Positions 56,488 through 64,000 of a DNA stretch of 64,000 nucleotides are shown one piece after another. Positions within the stretch are counted from its first letter, which is position 1, and every line of letters starts with the position of its first letter. The notes under the pieces were generated by a model. That model was not told the DNA's origin. It made no database searches and saw nothing but the letters and a program-made list of their open reading frames with translations. The DNA comes from Vicinamibacteria bacterium. GTDB taxonomy: Bacteria > Acidobacteriota > Vicinamibacteria > Fen-336 > JAGNNV01. Location: NCBI GenBank assembly GCA_019694155.1, contig JAIBCN010000230.1:3536-67535 (forward strand). Reading direction: 5' to 3'. Both the position numbers and the translations under genes were made by a program.

Positions 56488-58856
56488 GCGGCGGCCACGA
56501 TGGGAATGGTGAAGTGGAAGACCGAGCCGCCCGCGGGGGTCGAGCTCACGCCGATGCTGCCGCCATGCAGTTCCACGATCGCCTTGCAGATGGAGAGGCC
56601 CAGGCCGCTCCCGCCCTTCCTTCGCGAATCGGACCCCTCGATCTGCCGGAAGGGTTCGAAGATCATCTGGCGCGCGTGCTCGGGGATGCCCGGCCCCTGG
56701 TCCGCCACCGCGAAGCGCACCAAAGCCCCCTCGGGCGAAGCGCTCACCGTGATGGAGGTGCCGCCGGGCGCGAACTTCACCGCGTTCGAAAGGAGGTTCA
56801 CGAGGACCTGGGTCAGCCGCTCCGCGTCTCCCGCCATCTCGCCATGGACCCCGGCCACGACCAGGGTCATGTGCTCGTGGGCGGCGAGAGGCGAAACCGC
56901 CTCGATCGCGCGATCCACCACCGCGCGGGCGCTCACGGGCGCGATCTTCAGTTTCAGATGCCCTCCTTCCGCACGTTCGAGGTCGATGATGTCGTTGATC
57001 AGGCCGACCAGGCGATCGGTGCTGCGCTCGGCGATGGCCACGATCTTCGCGGCCTCGGGAGGCAGTTCGCCCGCGGATCCGAGGGCGAGCAGTCCCAGCG
57101 AAACGCGAATCGAGGTGAGCGGCGTCCGCAGCTCGTGGCTCACCGTGGATACGAACTCTTTCTTGAGGCGATCGATCTCTCTTCGGGCGGAGAGATCGCG
57201 GACATGGGCCACGAGCAGGCGTCCCTCGTCGGTCACGATCGGATGCACGAGCACGCTCGCGGGGAAGGTGGAACCGTCGGCCCGGCGGGCTTCGCACTCG
57301 TGCGAGGGCAGCCCCCGCTCCGGGTCGATGGCTTCGGCCCGGGCGGTCTCGACGTACCTTTGAAGCGGTGTGCCCGGAAGCGCGTCCTTTCCCGGGCTCA
57401 GCAGGCGCTTGGCCGCGGGGTTCGCCTCGAGGATCGAGCCCCCGGTCTCACAGAGGAGCAGACCCTCATCGATGCTCTCGACCACCGCGCGGAATCGCGC
57501 CTCGCTCGATCGCACGCGCGCCGTCGCCCGCTGGCGGGCGAGGAACTGGCCGAGCTGGTCCGCCGCGCCGGCGATCACGCGCGTTCGCGCGTCGCTGGGC
57601 TCCCGGGGCTCCGCGTCCAGCAGTTCGAGGACGCCCACGATGCGGTTGTCCCCGTGCACGGGGGTAAGCGTCGCCGCGCGCAGGCCCATCTCCGTCAGCA
57701 GGTTGGCGCGCGGGAAGTCGGGCGCGAGGCCGATGTTCGGGATCCAAAGCGCCTGCCCCACGGACGCGCAGCGGCGCAGCACGTCGCGCTCTTTCTCGAG
57801 GGCGGGATCACGGGAGGCGGCCGCGAAGCGGCCCCGATCGAAGGCATCGTCGGTCCAGCAGGCCGTGAGACCGAGACGTCCTTCCGCGTCCAGTTCCCAG
57901 AGGCTGCCGGCGTGAAAGTCCAGCCCCTCCATGAGCGTTCTCAAGACCCGTTCCGACGCGTCGACGGCGTCGTTCGACATGACCAGGGCGAGGCTCACCT
58001 GGAACCAGGTGTCGAGGGAGCGCAGGTTCCGGACCCGCTCCGAGACATCGCGGAACTGGTAGATGTGTCCCACGCCGTCGGGACCTCGCACGGGCAGGGA
58101 GTCGATCTCGAGAGTGCGGCCGTCCGTGGTCTCGAAGGTCTGCCCCAGTTGTCGCTGGGTGCTGCGCCGCTCCGGTTCGGCGAGGGCGACGAAGTCTTCG
58201 GGCTGGGAGAAGCGGATGGCCATCTGCGCGAACACTTCGAGGGTGGGGCGGCCGATGACCGAGGCCCCGCTGATGGACAGGGCGAAACGCCGCAGGAAGG
58301 CGCCGTTCACCACCACCACCCGGCGGTCATCGTCCTCGAGGAGGAGCCCGGAGTCGAGGCCCTCCACGAGAGTGGAGAAGTTCGCCTGCGCGCGGCCGAG
58401 CGCGGCTTCCGCGGCGCGGAGGTCGCGGGCCTGCTGGCGCAGTTCCAGGCTCTCGGCCAACCGGCGACCGAGGGTGCGCAGGGTGGCCTCGTCCGAGGGA
58501 TCGGCTTCGCGCGGCTCGGTGTCGCCGACGAGCAGGAAGCCGATCACCGGCCCGCCGGCCGCGGAAACAGGAGATGCCACCAAGTAACGAAGTCCGAGCG
58601 GGATTTGACCGATGTAGGAGCCGCCCGCGGCGAGCTTGCGGGCCACGGCCGAGAGGGCCGCGAGGGTCTCCACGTCGTCGGGGTCGAGGCCCAGCAGCCC
58701 CAGGAGGGGGGTGCCGCTTTCCACCTCGACGCGCGCGAAGGCGATGGGAGCGCGACAGACCTTGCCCGCGAGGCGCGCGGTTTCGGCGGCCTCCGCGGCG
58801 AAGTAGGAGAGAGCCGAGTGCGGGACGGTTCCCGGCGCGGTCCCTGCGGGCGACAT
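56484..58856 (-). CDS. sensor histidine kinase with GAF/PAS sensory domains
   Basis: HisKA block HELRTPLTSI, and HATPase_c blocks (N, G1 DQGPGIP, G2 GGSGLGL). Confidence 0.8.
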   Translation of the reverse strand: MSPAGTAPGTVPHSALSYFAAEAAETARLAGKVCRAPIAFARVEVESGTPLLGLLGLDPDDVETLAALSAVARKLAAGGSYIGQIPLGLRYLVASPVSAAGGPVIGFLLVGDTEPREADPSDEATLRTLGRRLAESLELRQQARDLRAAEAALGRAQANFSTLVEGLDSGLLLEDDDRRVVVVNGAFLRRFALSISGASVIGRPTLEVFAQMAIRFSQPEDFVALAEPERRSTQRQLGQTFETTDGRTLEIDSLPVRGPDGVGHIYQFRDVSERVRNLRSLDTWFQVSLALVMSNDAVDASERVLRTLMEGLDFHAGSLWELDAEGRLGLTACWTDDAFDRGRFAAASRDPALEKERDVLRRCASVGQALWIPNIGLAPDFPRANLLTEMGLRAATLTPVHGDNRIVGVLELLDAEPREPSDARTRVIAGAADQLGQFLARQRATARVRSSEARFRAVVESIDEGLLLCETGGSILEANPAAKRLLSPGKDALPGTPLQRYVETARAEAIDPERGLPSHECEARRADGSTFPASVLVHPIVTDEGRLLVAHVRDLSARREIDRLKKEFVSTVSHELRTPLTSIRVSLGLLALGSAGELPPEAAKIVAIAERSTDRLVGLINDIIDLERAEGGHLKLKIAPVSARAVVDRAIEAVSPLAAHEHMTLVVAGVHGEMAGDAERLTQVLVNLLSNAVKFAPGGTSITVSASPEGALVRFAVADQGPGIPEHARQMIFEPFRQIEGSDSRRKGGSGLGLSICKAIVELHGGSIGVSSTPAGGSVFHFTIPIVAAA

Positions 58857-58880
58857 CGGGTCGAGGGTAGCACGGCCGGG

Positions 58881-60206
58881 CTAGGGCGTCTTCCGCGCGA
58901 ACCTCTCCGCGTAGCCGCTCGCCTTCAGGAAGGCGCCGCAGTCCTTGATCGCGAGCATGTCCCGAACCGCCGCATCCTTCGCTGGCGCATTCTGGAAGTA
59001 CGCCTCGCCGATTTTGAATCCCATCCAGTAGCCGAGGTCCACCGGCCGTCCGTTCCCTCCGCTGCTGCCATACAGCCAGCGCGACGTGTCCTTTCCGTCC
59101 ATGTCCTTCTCGAACTCGGTCCACAATTCGCGCTCGCGGGCGTTCGCCCAGGCGTGGGTCTGGTTCATGCGTGCGATGAGCTCCCCGGAGGTGAGCTGCC
59201 CGAGGAAGTCCGCGATTCCTTCCTTCAGCACCGAGCACAGCAACGTACCCTGAGGGTACTCCTGAAGGAAGTGGATCGACTCGTGCGCCACCAGGGCCGG
59301 GATCTCCGCGGGAGCCATGATCGCGGTTCTTTCCCAGTCGTTGAGCTCGGCGGTGGGCACGGCCGGGTCGCGCGCGAACATCTCCGCGCCCATGAGCAGG
59401 CCGCTCCCAGCCGAAGTGCCGCCGCTGTTCACCTGCCCGACGACGAAGTAGACGTCGGGGAAGACCGCGTCCTTGTCGAACGATTTCAGCTTGCGGAAGG
59501 CTTCGATGATGCGGGGGAACCGGGCGCTCAGGTGCTTGGTGAGAGGCCGGATCGCCCGATAGAAGTCCGGCCGCGCTTCGACGGCCTTGACCAGGGCCGC
59601 GGCTTTGAGCCGCCCGCTCGCTGCCCAGTCCCGCAGGCCCGGCGTGCCGGGATCCAAGTATTCGCTCTGAAAGATCGCCGCGCGCTCTTCGGCGGGTGAC
59701 TTCATCGCGTGATCGTAGGCCGGCCAGAACCGGTCGATATCGGTGGTGATGAAGCGGGCCCGGTCCGGGTCGGAGTGGTCCTTCCTCCATTGGGCCTGCT
59801 GCGCCTCGGCGGCCGCGAGGGTCTTCGCCCAGCGCGAGTCGTCACGGAGGGATTTGAGATCGGGATCCGCCTGGAGGACGCCCACGCTCCGGAATCCCTC
59901 CTCCGTTGCGGCCTCGAGGAACCGGAAGGCGGCGTCGCGATCGCCGGAGAGGGCGAGCGAACACGCCGTGTTGTACAGGGTGTCCGTATCGCGAGCGCCG
60001 CGCTCGGTCGCGGCCTGGAAGAGCCTGGCGGAGAGAGCGTAGTCCTTCTTCTGGTAGGCGGCCATGGCCTCGGCCGCGAGTTCAGCGGCCGTCTTCGGGG
60101 ACTGGACTGCCGGTGGCGCCTGACCGGCCCGGCCTCCCCCCGCGAAACCGGCCACAAAGACGAAGAGCCCGAGGGTCAGTCGAGGGAGACGGCGAGGCGG
60201 TGTCAT
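58881..60206 (-). CDS. secreted TPR-containing putative Zn-dependent peptidase (HExxH)
   Basis: Start MTPPRRLPRLTLGLFVFVAG (signal peptide), then TPR-like helices, and LVAHESIHF (HExxH) in the C-terminal half. Confidence 0.5.
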   Translation of the reverse strand: MTPPRRLPRLTLGLFVFVAGFAGGGRAGQAPPAVQSPKTAAELAAEAMAAYQKKDYALSARLFQAATERGARDTDTLYNTACSLALSGDRDAAFRFLEAATEEGFRSVGVLQADPDLKSLRDDSRWAKTLAAAEAQQAQWRKDHSDPDRARFITTDIDRFWPAYDHAMKSPAEERAAIFQSEYLDPGTPGLRDWAASGRLKAAALVKAVEARPDFYRAIRPLTKHLSARFPRIIEAFRKLKSFDKDAVFPDVYFVVGQVNSGGTSAGSGLLMGAEMFARDPAVPTAELNDWERTAIMAPAEIPALVAHESIHFLQEYPQGTLLCSVLKEGIADFLGQLTSGELIARMNQTHAWANARERELWTEFEKDMDGKDTSRWLYGSSGGNGRPVDLGYWMGFKIGEAYFQNAPAKDAAVRDMLAIKDCGAFLKASGYAERFARKTP

Positions 60207-60228
60207 GGGTGCTTCGAGGAAGCGCGGT

Positions 60229-61635
60229 TCAGCGCGCCCGGGCGAGCGACTCCACGATGTCGTGCTGGAAGCGCACGAATCGGTAAAGCTCGGACTCGAG
60301 GATGCGTTCCTGATCGGAGTGCGCCCCGAAGCCTTTGGGGCCGTCCTCGGCATCGAGGCCGGGCCCGATTCCGTAGCACTGCATGCCCTTCGCGCGCAGG
60401 TAGGACATGTCGGTGGCGCCCGTGCTCATCATGGGGATCATGGTGGTGTTGTAGGTCTTCTTCACCGCGGCTTCGATCGCGACCATGGCTTCCGAATCGA
60501 GGCGGGTGGCGATGAACGCGGGCCGGACATCGCGCGACGCGTAGGCCACCTCCACGCTCGGGTCCCCGATCACGCCGCGCACGATGTCGAGGAACTTTGC
60601 GGGGTCCTCATCGGGCAGGGTCCGCACATCGAGGGTTGCCTTCGCCTCCGAGGGAATCACGTTCACGCGGTACCCGCCGCTGAGCATGGTGGGCGATACC
60701 GAGGTCCGCAGCGTCGAGGCGGTGCGCGGCTCGTTGGTGAGGAACCACTCATCCGCCGCTTCGACGGCCCGGGCGTCGCCCGACACCACCGCCTTGTACC
60801 GCGCCGATTCCTCACCGCTGCTCACGCTCGCGAGCCTCGTGAAGTACGCGCGCGTCGTGTCGTTGAGGCGAACCTCCGGCTTCCAGGCTCCGATCTTCGC
60901 CACCGCCGCGGAGAGGCGCACCACCGCGTTCGCGCGCAGGGGAACCGAGGCGTGACCGGAGACACCTCGCGCGGTGAGCTCGATCGCGCGGGGGATCTTC
61001 TCGAGCGTCTGCACGCCGGCGAACTTCACCGCTCCACCGCCGCGCACGACATTCGCGCCCTCGGCGAAGCAGTACTCGGCGTCAATCTTCTGGAAATTCT
61101 GCTCGGTCATGAACTTGATGCCCACGCGGGTCGTTCCCTCCTCGCCCGCCTCCACGAGCAGGATGACGTCACGGTCGAGGGGCACGTTGCGGCGCTTGAG
61201 AGAGAGCAGGGTCATGAGGCCCGCGATCACGTTGTCCTTGTCATCGACGGTTCCCCGCCCGTAGATGTAGCCGCCCGTCCGAGCCGCGGAGAAGGGGGGC
61301 TCGGTCCACTTCTTCTCGTCGATATTCACGGTGTCGGAGTGTCCCATCATCAGGAGAGGCTTCTTCTTGCCGGAGCCCCGGAGCCGCGCCACCAGATTGG
61401 GGCGGTTGGGCTCGACGGCGAAGGTCTCGACGGGGATTCCCTCGGCCTCGAGAACGCCCTTCAGGTATTCCACCACCGGCTTCTCGTTCCCCGGCGGGTC
61501 GGTCGAGTTCATTCTCACGATGGCCTGGAAGTGGCGCAAGGTCTCTTCGTCGGAGAGAGGTTGCGCGGCAGGGGTCTGGGCCGAGGCGGCGGCCGAAAGA
61601 GCGACGAGCAGGGCGAGAGCGGGGGTGAATCTCAT
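60229..61635 (-). CDS. M20 family metallopeptidase (dipeptidase/carboxypeptidase), secreted
   Basis: Start MRFTPALALLVALSAAASA. Motifs HSDTV, GTVDDKDN, EEGT. Confidence 0.7.
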   Translation of the reverse strand: MRFTPALALLVALSAAASAQTPAAQPLSDEETLRHFQAIVRMNSTDPPGNEKPVVEYLKGVLEAEGIPVETFAVEPNRPNLVARLRGSGKKKPLLMMGHSDTVNIDEKKWTEPPFSAARTGGYIYGRGTVDDKDNVIAGLMTLLSLKRRNVPLDRDVILLVEAGEEGTTRVGIKFMTEQNFQKIDAEYCFAEGANVVRGGGAVKFAGVQTLEKIPRAIELTARGVSGHASVPLRANAVVRLSAAVAKIGAWKPEVRLNDTTRAYFTRLASVSSGEESARYKAVVSGDARAVEAADEWFLTNEPRTASTLRTSVSPTMLSGGYRVNVIPSEAKATLDVRTLPDEDPAKFLDIVRGVIGDPSVEVAYASRDVRPAFIATRLDSEAMVAIEAAVKKTYNTTMIPMMSTGATDMSYLRAKGMQCYGIGPGLDAEDGPKGFGAHSDQERILESELYRFVRFQHDIVESLARAR

Positions 61636-61685
61636 GCCGCGGATCGTACCGCGTTCCTTTCCGCCCAATGGCCGCCCGAACGCCC

Positions 61686-63278
61686 TCACGCCCGTTCGCG
61701 CAGGCGGCCCAGGTCCACCGCGATCGTTCCCGGGCTCGTGCCCCTCAGGGCCACTCGCCTCAGGGAGGCCCCTTTGACGCGCCACCACTCTCGAGCGGTC
61801 TCCATGTCCCACACACGATCGTGCGACGCGGAGAGTTCTTCCGCGGCCTCGATCGCTCCGGCTGGCCGGCGTGCGGGCGCCTTCTCGAGGCAGCGCAACA
61901 CCCACGCTTCCAGCCGTGGCGGAAGGGAGCGGCCGGAGCGTTGTGAGGGCGGGACCGGGGGCGTCAGCAGATGGTGGCTGCACACTTCGAGAGCGGTCTT
62001 CCCCGTGAAAACGTGGGAGCCGGTCAGCAGGTAGTAGGCGACGGCCCCCACGGCGTACAGGTCGGAGGCGGCGGTCGCTTCGCCGGAACCGATGGACTCG
62101 GGAGCCATGTAAAGAGGCGTGCCCACGAGAGCATCCTCCCGGCTCTCACCGGCCGAAGCGTCCACCTCCTTCACCAGGCCGAAGTCGACCACCTTGGCCA
62201 CATCGGGCAGGCCGCCCCTCTCGCACAGGATGATGTTCGCGGGCTTGATGTCGCGGTGGATCAGCCCGACGCCGTGGGCTTCCGCGAGAGCCCCGAGCAC
62301 CTGGCGCAGGACATGGACGACCCGCTCGGGCGGCTGCGCGCCGTCTTCCGCGACGAGCCGCTGCAGGTCGGCTCCGTCGAGATACTCCATCGCGTAGTAG
62401 AAGACGCCGTCGCGCGTGCGGCCGTAGTCGTGGATCGCCACGGTGTTGGGATGGCTCAGCGCCGCCGTGCGCTGCACCTCGCGCTCGAAGCGCTCCAGGC
62501 CGCGTTCTCCCGAGTTCTCGGGGCGAAGCAGCTTCACCGCCGTCGGGCGGCGCAGCATGGCGTGGCTCGCCCGGTAGACGACGCCCATCCCGCCTTCTCC
62601 CAGCTTCTCCTCCAGGGTGTACTGCCCGAGGCGCCGGGCCGCCGCCACCTCGAGCCCCAGTCCGTAGATGACGCGCGAGCCGAAGTAGGCGAAGGCCACG
62701 GCCACCAGGGGGCCGAACGCGATCGCGAAGTAGGCGTCGACCGGGGCCTCGACCCAGCCCGCGAGGCTGTCGATAAAGAGGCCGACGGGCGCGGTGGCGG
62801 CCGCGATCGCCGCGGTGATCAGAGTCCGTCGGGGCGGGCAGGGCACGATCAGGGGGAAGAAGATGATGAGGGGTGTGACCCAGGTGAGGACCGGGACCGA
62901 TTTGTGGTCCTGGTAGAAGCTCACGGGGTTCGAGATCGAGATGAAGAAGCAGTGCGCCACTTCGAAAGCCAGGGCATAGGAGAGGAGCGCCCCATCGCGC
63001 ACCCGGAGGCTTCGAGCCGCCACGATCATCCCGATGGTGATGACGAGAGCGATGGGGCTGCAGACCATCCAGACCAGCGGCGGCCGATCCGTGAGGATGC
63101 CCTGCTCGAAGCTGATCAGGTTACCCACGAGCATCACGGTGTCGAGGCCGGTGCCGAGCAGGATCAGCCAGGCCACGGTTTCGATGCGCCGGCGCGACTT
63201 GTCGAGCAGATCCCGGGGCAGGCCGAAACCCGAACTCGTGTCGACCCGCGTGTTCGTGGGAGGTTCGAAAGAAGTCAT
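61686..63278 (-). CDS. membrane-anchored Hanks-type Ser/Thr protein kinase
   Basis: About 6 N-terminal TM helices, then a kinase domain (GEGGMGVVYRA, VAIK-like AVKLL, HRDIKPANI, DFG, APE). Confidence 0.8.
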   Translation of the reverse strand: MTSFEPPTNTRVDTSSGFGLPRDLLDKSRRRIETVAWLILLGTGLDTVMLVGNLISFEQGILTDRPPLVWMVCSPIALVITIGMIVAARSLRVRDGALLSYALAFEVAHCFFISISNPVSFYQDHKSVPVLTWVTPLIIFFPLIVPCPPRRTLITAAIAAATAPVGLFIDSLAGWVEAPVDAYFAIAFGPLVAVAFAYFGSRVIYGLGLEVAAARRLGQYTLEEKLGEGGMGVVYRASHAMLRRPTAVKLLRPENSGERGLERFEREVQRTAALSHPNTVAIHDYGRTRDGVFYYAMEYLDGADLQRLVAEDGAQPPERVVHVLRQVLGALAEAHGVGLIHRDIKPANIILCERGGLPDVAKVVDFGLVKEVDASAGESREDALVGTPLYMAPESIGSGEATAASDLYAVGAVAYYLLTGSHVFTGKTALEVCSHHLLTPPVPPSQRSGRSLPPRLEAWVLRCLEKAPARRPAGAIEAAEELSASHDRVWDMETAREWWRVKGASLRRVALRGTSPGTIAVDLGRLRERA

Positions 63279-63406
63279 TCGCCGGCCCCGAGGCCCGACC
63301 GCGGTTGGGAACGACAGGAGGGCCGTCGGCGCGCCCTTCCTGACGAGCGAGGATCTGCCCGGAGCCTAACCGAGAAGCGCTCGATCGGGCGAGGGACGCC
63401 TGGCTT

Positions 63407-64000
63407 CTAGGCGCTCCTTCGTATCTCCTTGACTCCAAGGCCGAGGCGCCGCCGCAGGAGCGTTCTCAAGGTCACGCCGTCCGAGTAGCCCACCCGGGCC
63501 GCGATCTCCTCGACTCCGTGATCCGTGGTCTTGAGAAGGTGCACCGCGCGTTCGACCCTCAGGTCCTGGAAGTAGGCGTGGGGCGACTTCCCGAGAACGG
63601 TCTGCATGCGGCGGGCGAGTGTGCGCTTGCTCGACGAGGTCGCCTCGGCCGCTTCTTCCAGAGAGAACCCCCGCTCCAGTGCGCCCCGCGCCCAGTTCTC
63701 GAACCGCTCGACCAGCGGGTCGGTGTGGGCGAGATGGTCGACGAGGACGTAGGCCGACTGCGACGGCCGGGAGTCGACGATCAGATAGCGCGCGGTGAGA
63801 GCGGCGAGACGCGGGCTCTTCTGGCGGATGATCCACAGGGCCAGGTCCATGTGCCCAAGGGCCGCCCCTGCGGTGACGACCTTTCCCGACTTCACGATCA
63901 TGCGTCCTTCGTCGAGGCGCACGCTCGGATAGCGATGGCGGAAGAGGGGAGCGAGCCACCACGTCGTGGTCGCCTCGCGGTGGTCGAGGAGGCCCGATTC
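63407..64000 (-). CDS. AraC-family transcriptional regulator with DJ-1/PfpI-like domain (GlxA-like); N-terminus beyond window
   Basis: C-terminal AraC HTH (VEEIAARVGYSDGVTLRTLLRRRLG). The upstream part resembles a class-I glutamine-amidotransferase-like domain. The gene continues past position 64000. Confidence 0.55.
   Translation of the reverse strand, partial: ESGLLDHREATTTWWLAPLFRHRYPSVRLDEGRMIVKSGKVVTAGAALGHMDLALWIIRQKSPRLAALTARYLIVDSRPSQSAYVLVDHLAHTDPLVERFENWARGALERGFSLEEAAEATSSSKRTLARRMQTVLGKSPHAYFQDLRVERAVHLLKTTDHGVEEIAARVGYSDGVTLRTLLRRRLGLGVKEIRRSA

Noticed and set aside
1-64000. CRISPR arrays, tRNA, rRNA, tmRNA
   Set aside because: No regularly spaced short direct repeats and no cloverleaf-like or rRNA-like segments were seen. 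Intergenic space is small throughout except in the 18.3-21.2 kb cargo region.

Overview
High-GC (about 65-70%) bacterial chromosomal window. Third-codon-position GC is very high, so many long ORFs in the six-frame track are antisense or out-of-frame artefacts; calls rest on protein-like composition, recognisable motifs and start/stop coupling.

The window has three blocks.

1. Positions 1-7.1 kb, ordinary metabolic genes: partial NAD-dependent epimerase, stand-alone HNH endonuclease, class V aminotransferase with a Tat-like signal, M28 peptidase, D-aminoacylase-family amidohydrolase, DUF4019-like secreted protein, and a SAM-dependent methyltransferase.

2. Positions 7.3-30 kb, accessory and polymorphic-toxin block.
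- A 2126-aa secreted giant protein has six copies of an unrecognised ~150-aa domain, eight chitobiase/hexosaminidase-C (CHB_HEX_C) domains, a 7-blade RCC1 propeller and thrombospondin-3-like Ca-binding repeats.
- It ends 18 nt upstream of a Sec-signal RHS/YD-repeat toxin whose lower-GC C-terminal domain carries an HExxH motif. The toxin is followed by a 4-nt-overlapping putative immunity gene.
- Next come lower-GC cargo genes: a translationally coupled pair whose second member has a HEPN-like RNxxxHxG motif, two hypothetical genes, and an Avd-like four-helix-bundle protein.
- After that is an orphan rhs C-terminal cassette that shares about 480 nt near-identically with the main rhs gene, with a different toxin tip and its own immunity gene.
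- The block ends with diverged transposase paralogs, one of them chimeric and truncated.

3. Positions 30.3-54.7 kb, one tightly coupled operon. An Hpt-receiver protein and a partner-switching module (GAF-PP2C phosphatase, RsbW-like kinase, STAS antagonist) run directly into a polysaccharide biosynthesis cluster: Wzx flippase, five GT4 glycosyltransferases, a Wzc/GumC-like protein with a degenerate kinase Walker A, a priming sugar transferase plus two degenerate Bac_transf fusions, Wzy, an acyltransferase, GT2, a deacetylase-like protein and nucleotidyltransferases.

The last part of the window (54.7-64 kb) holds a sigma54 activator, a histidine kinase/response regulator pair, two peptidases, a membrane Ser/Thr kinase and a partial AraC/GlxA-family regulator.

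The best candidates for undescribed biology are the cargo genes between the RHS modules (HEPN-like pair, Avd-like protein without a reverse transcriptase, conserved intergenic element) and the giant repeat protein coupled to the RHS toxin. No rRNA, tRNA or CRISPR was seen.
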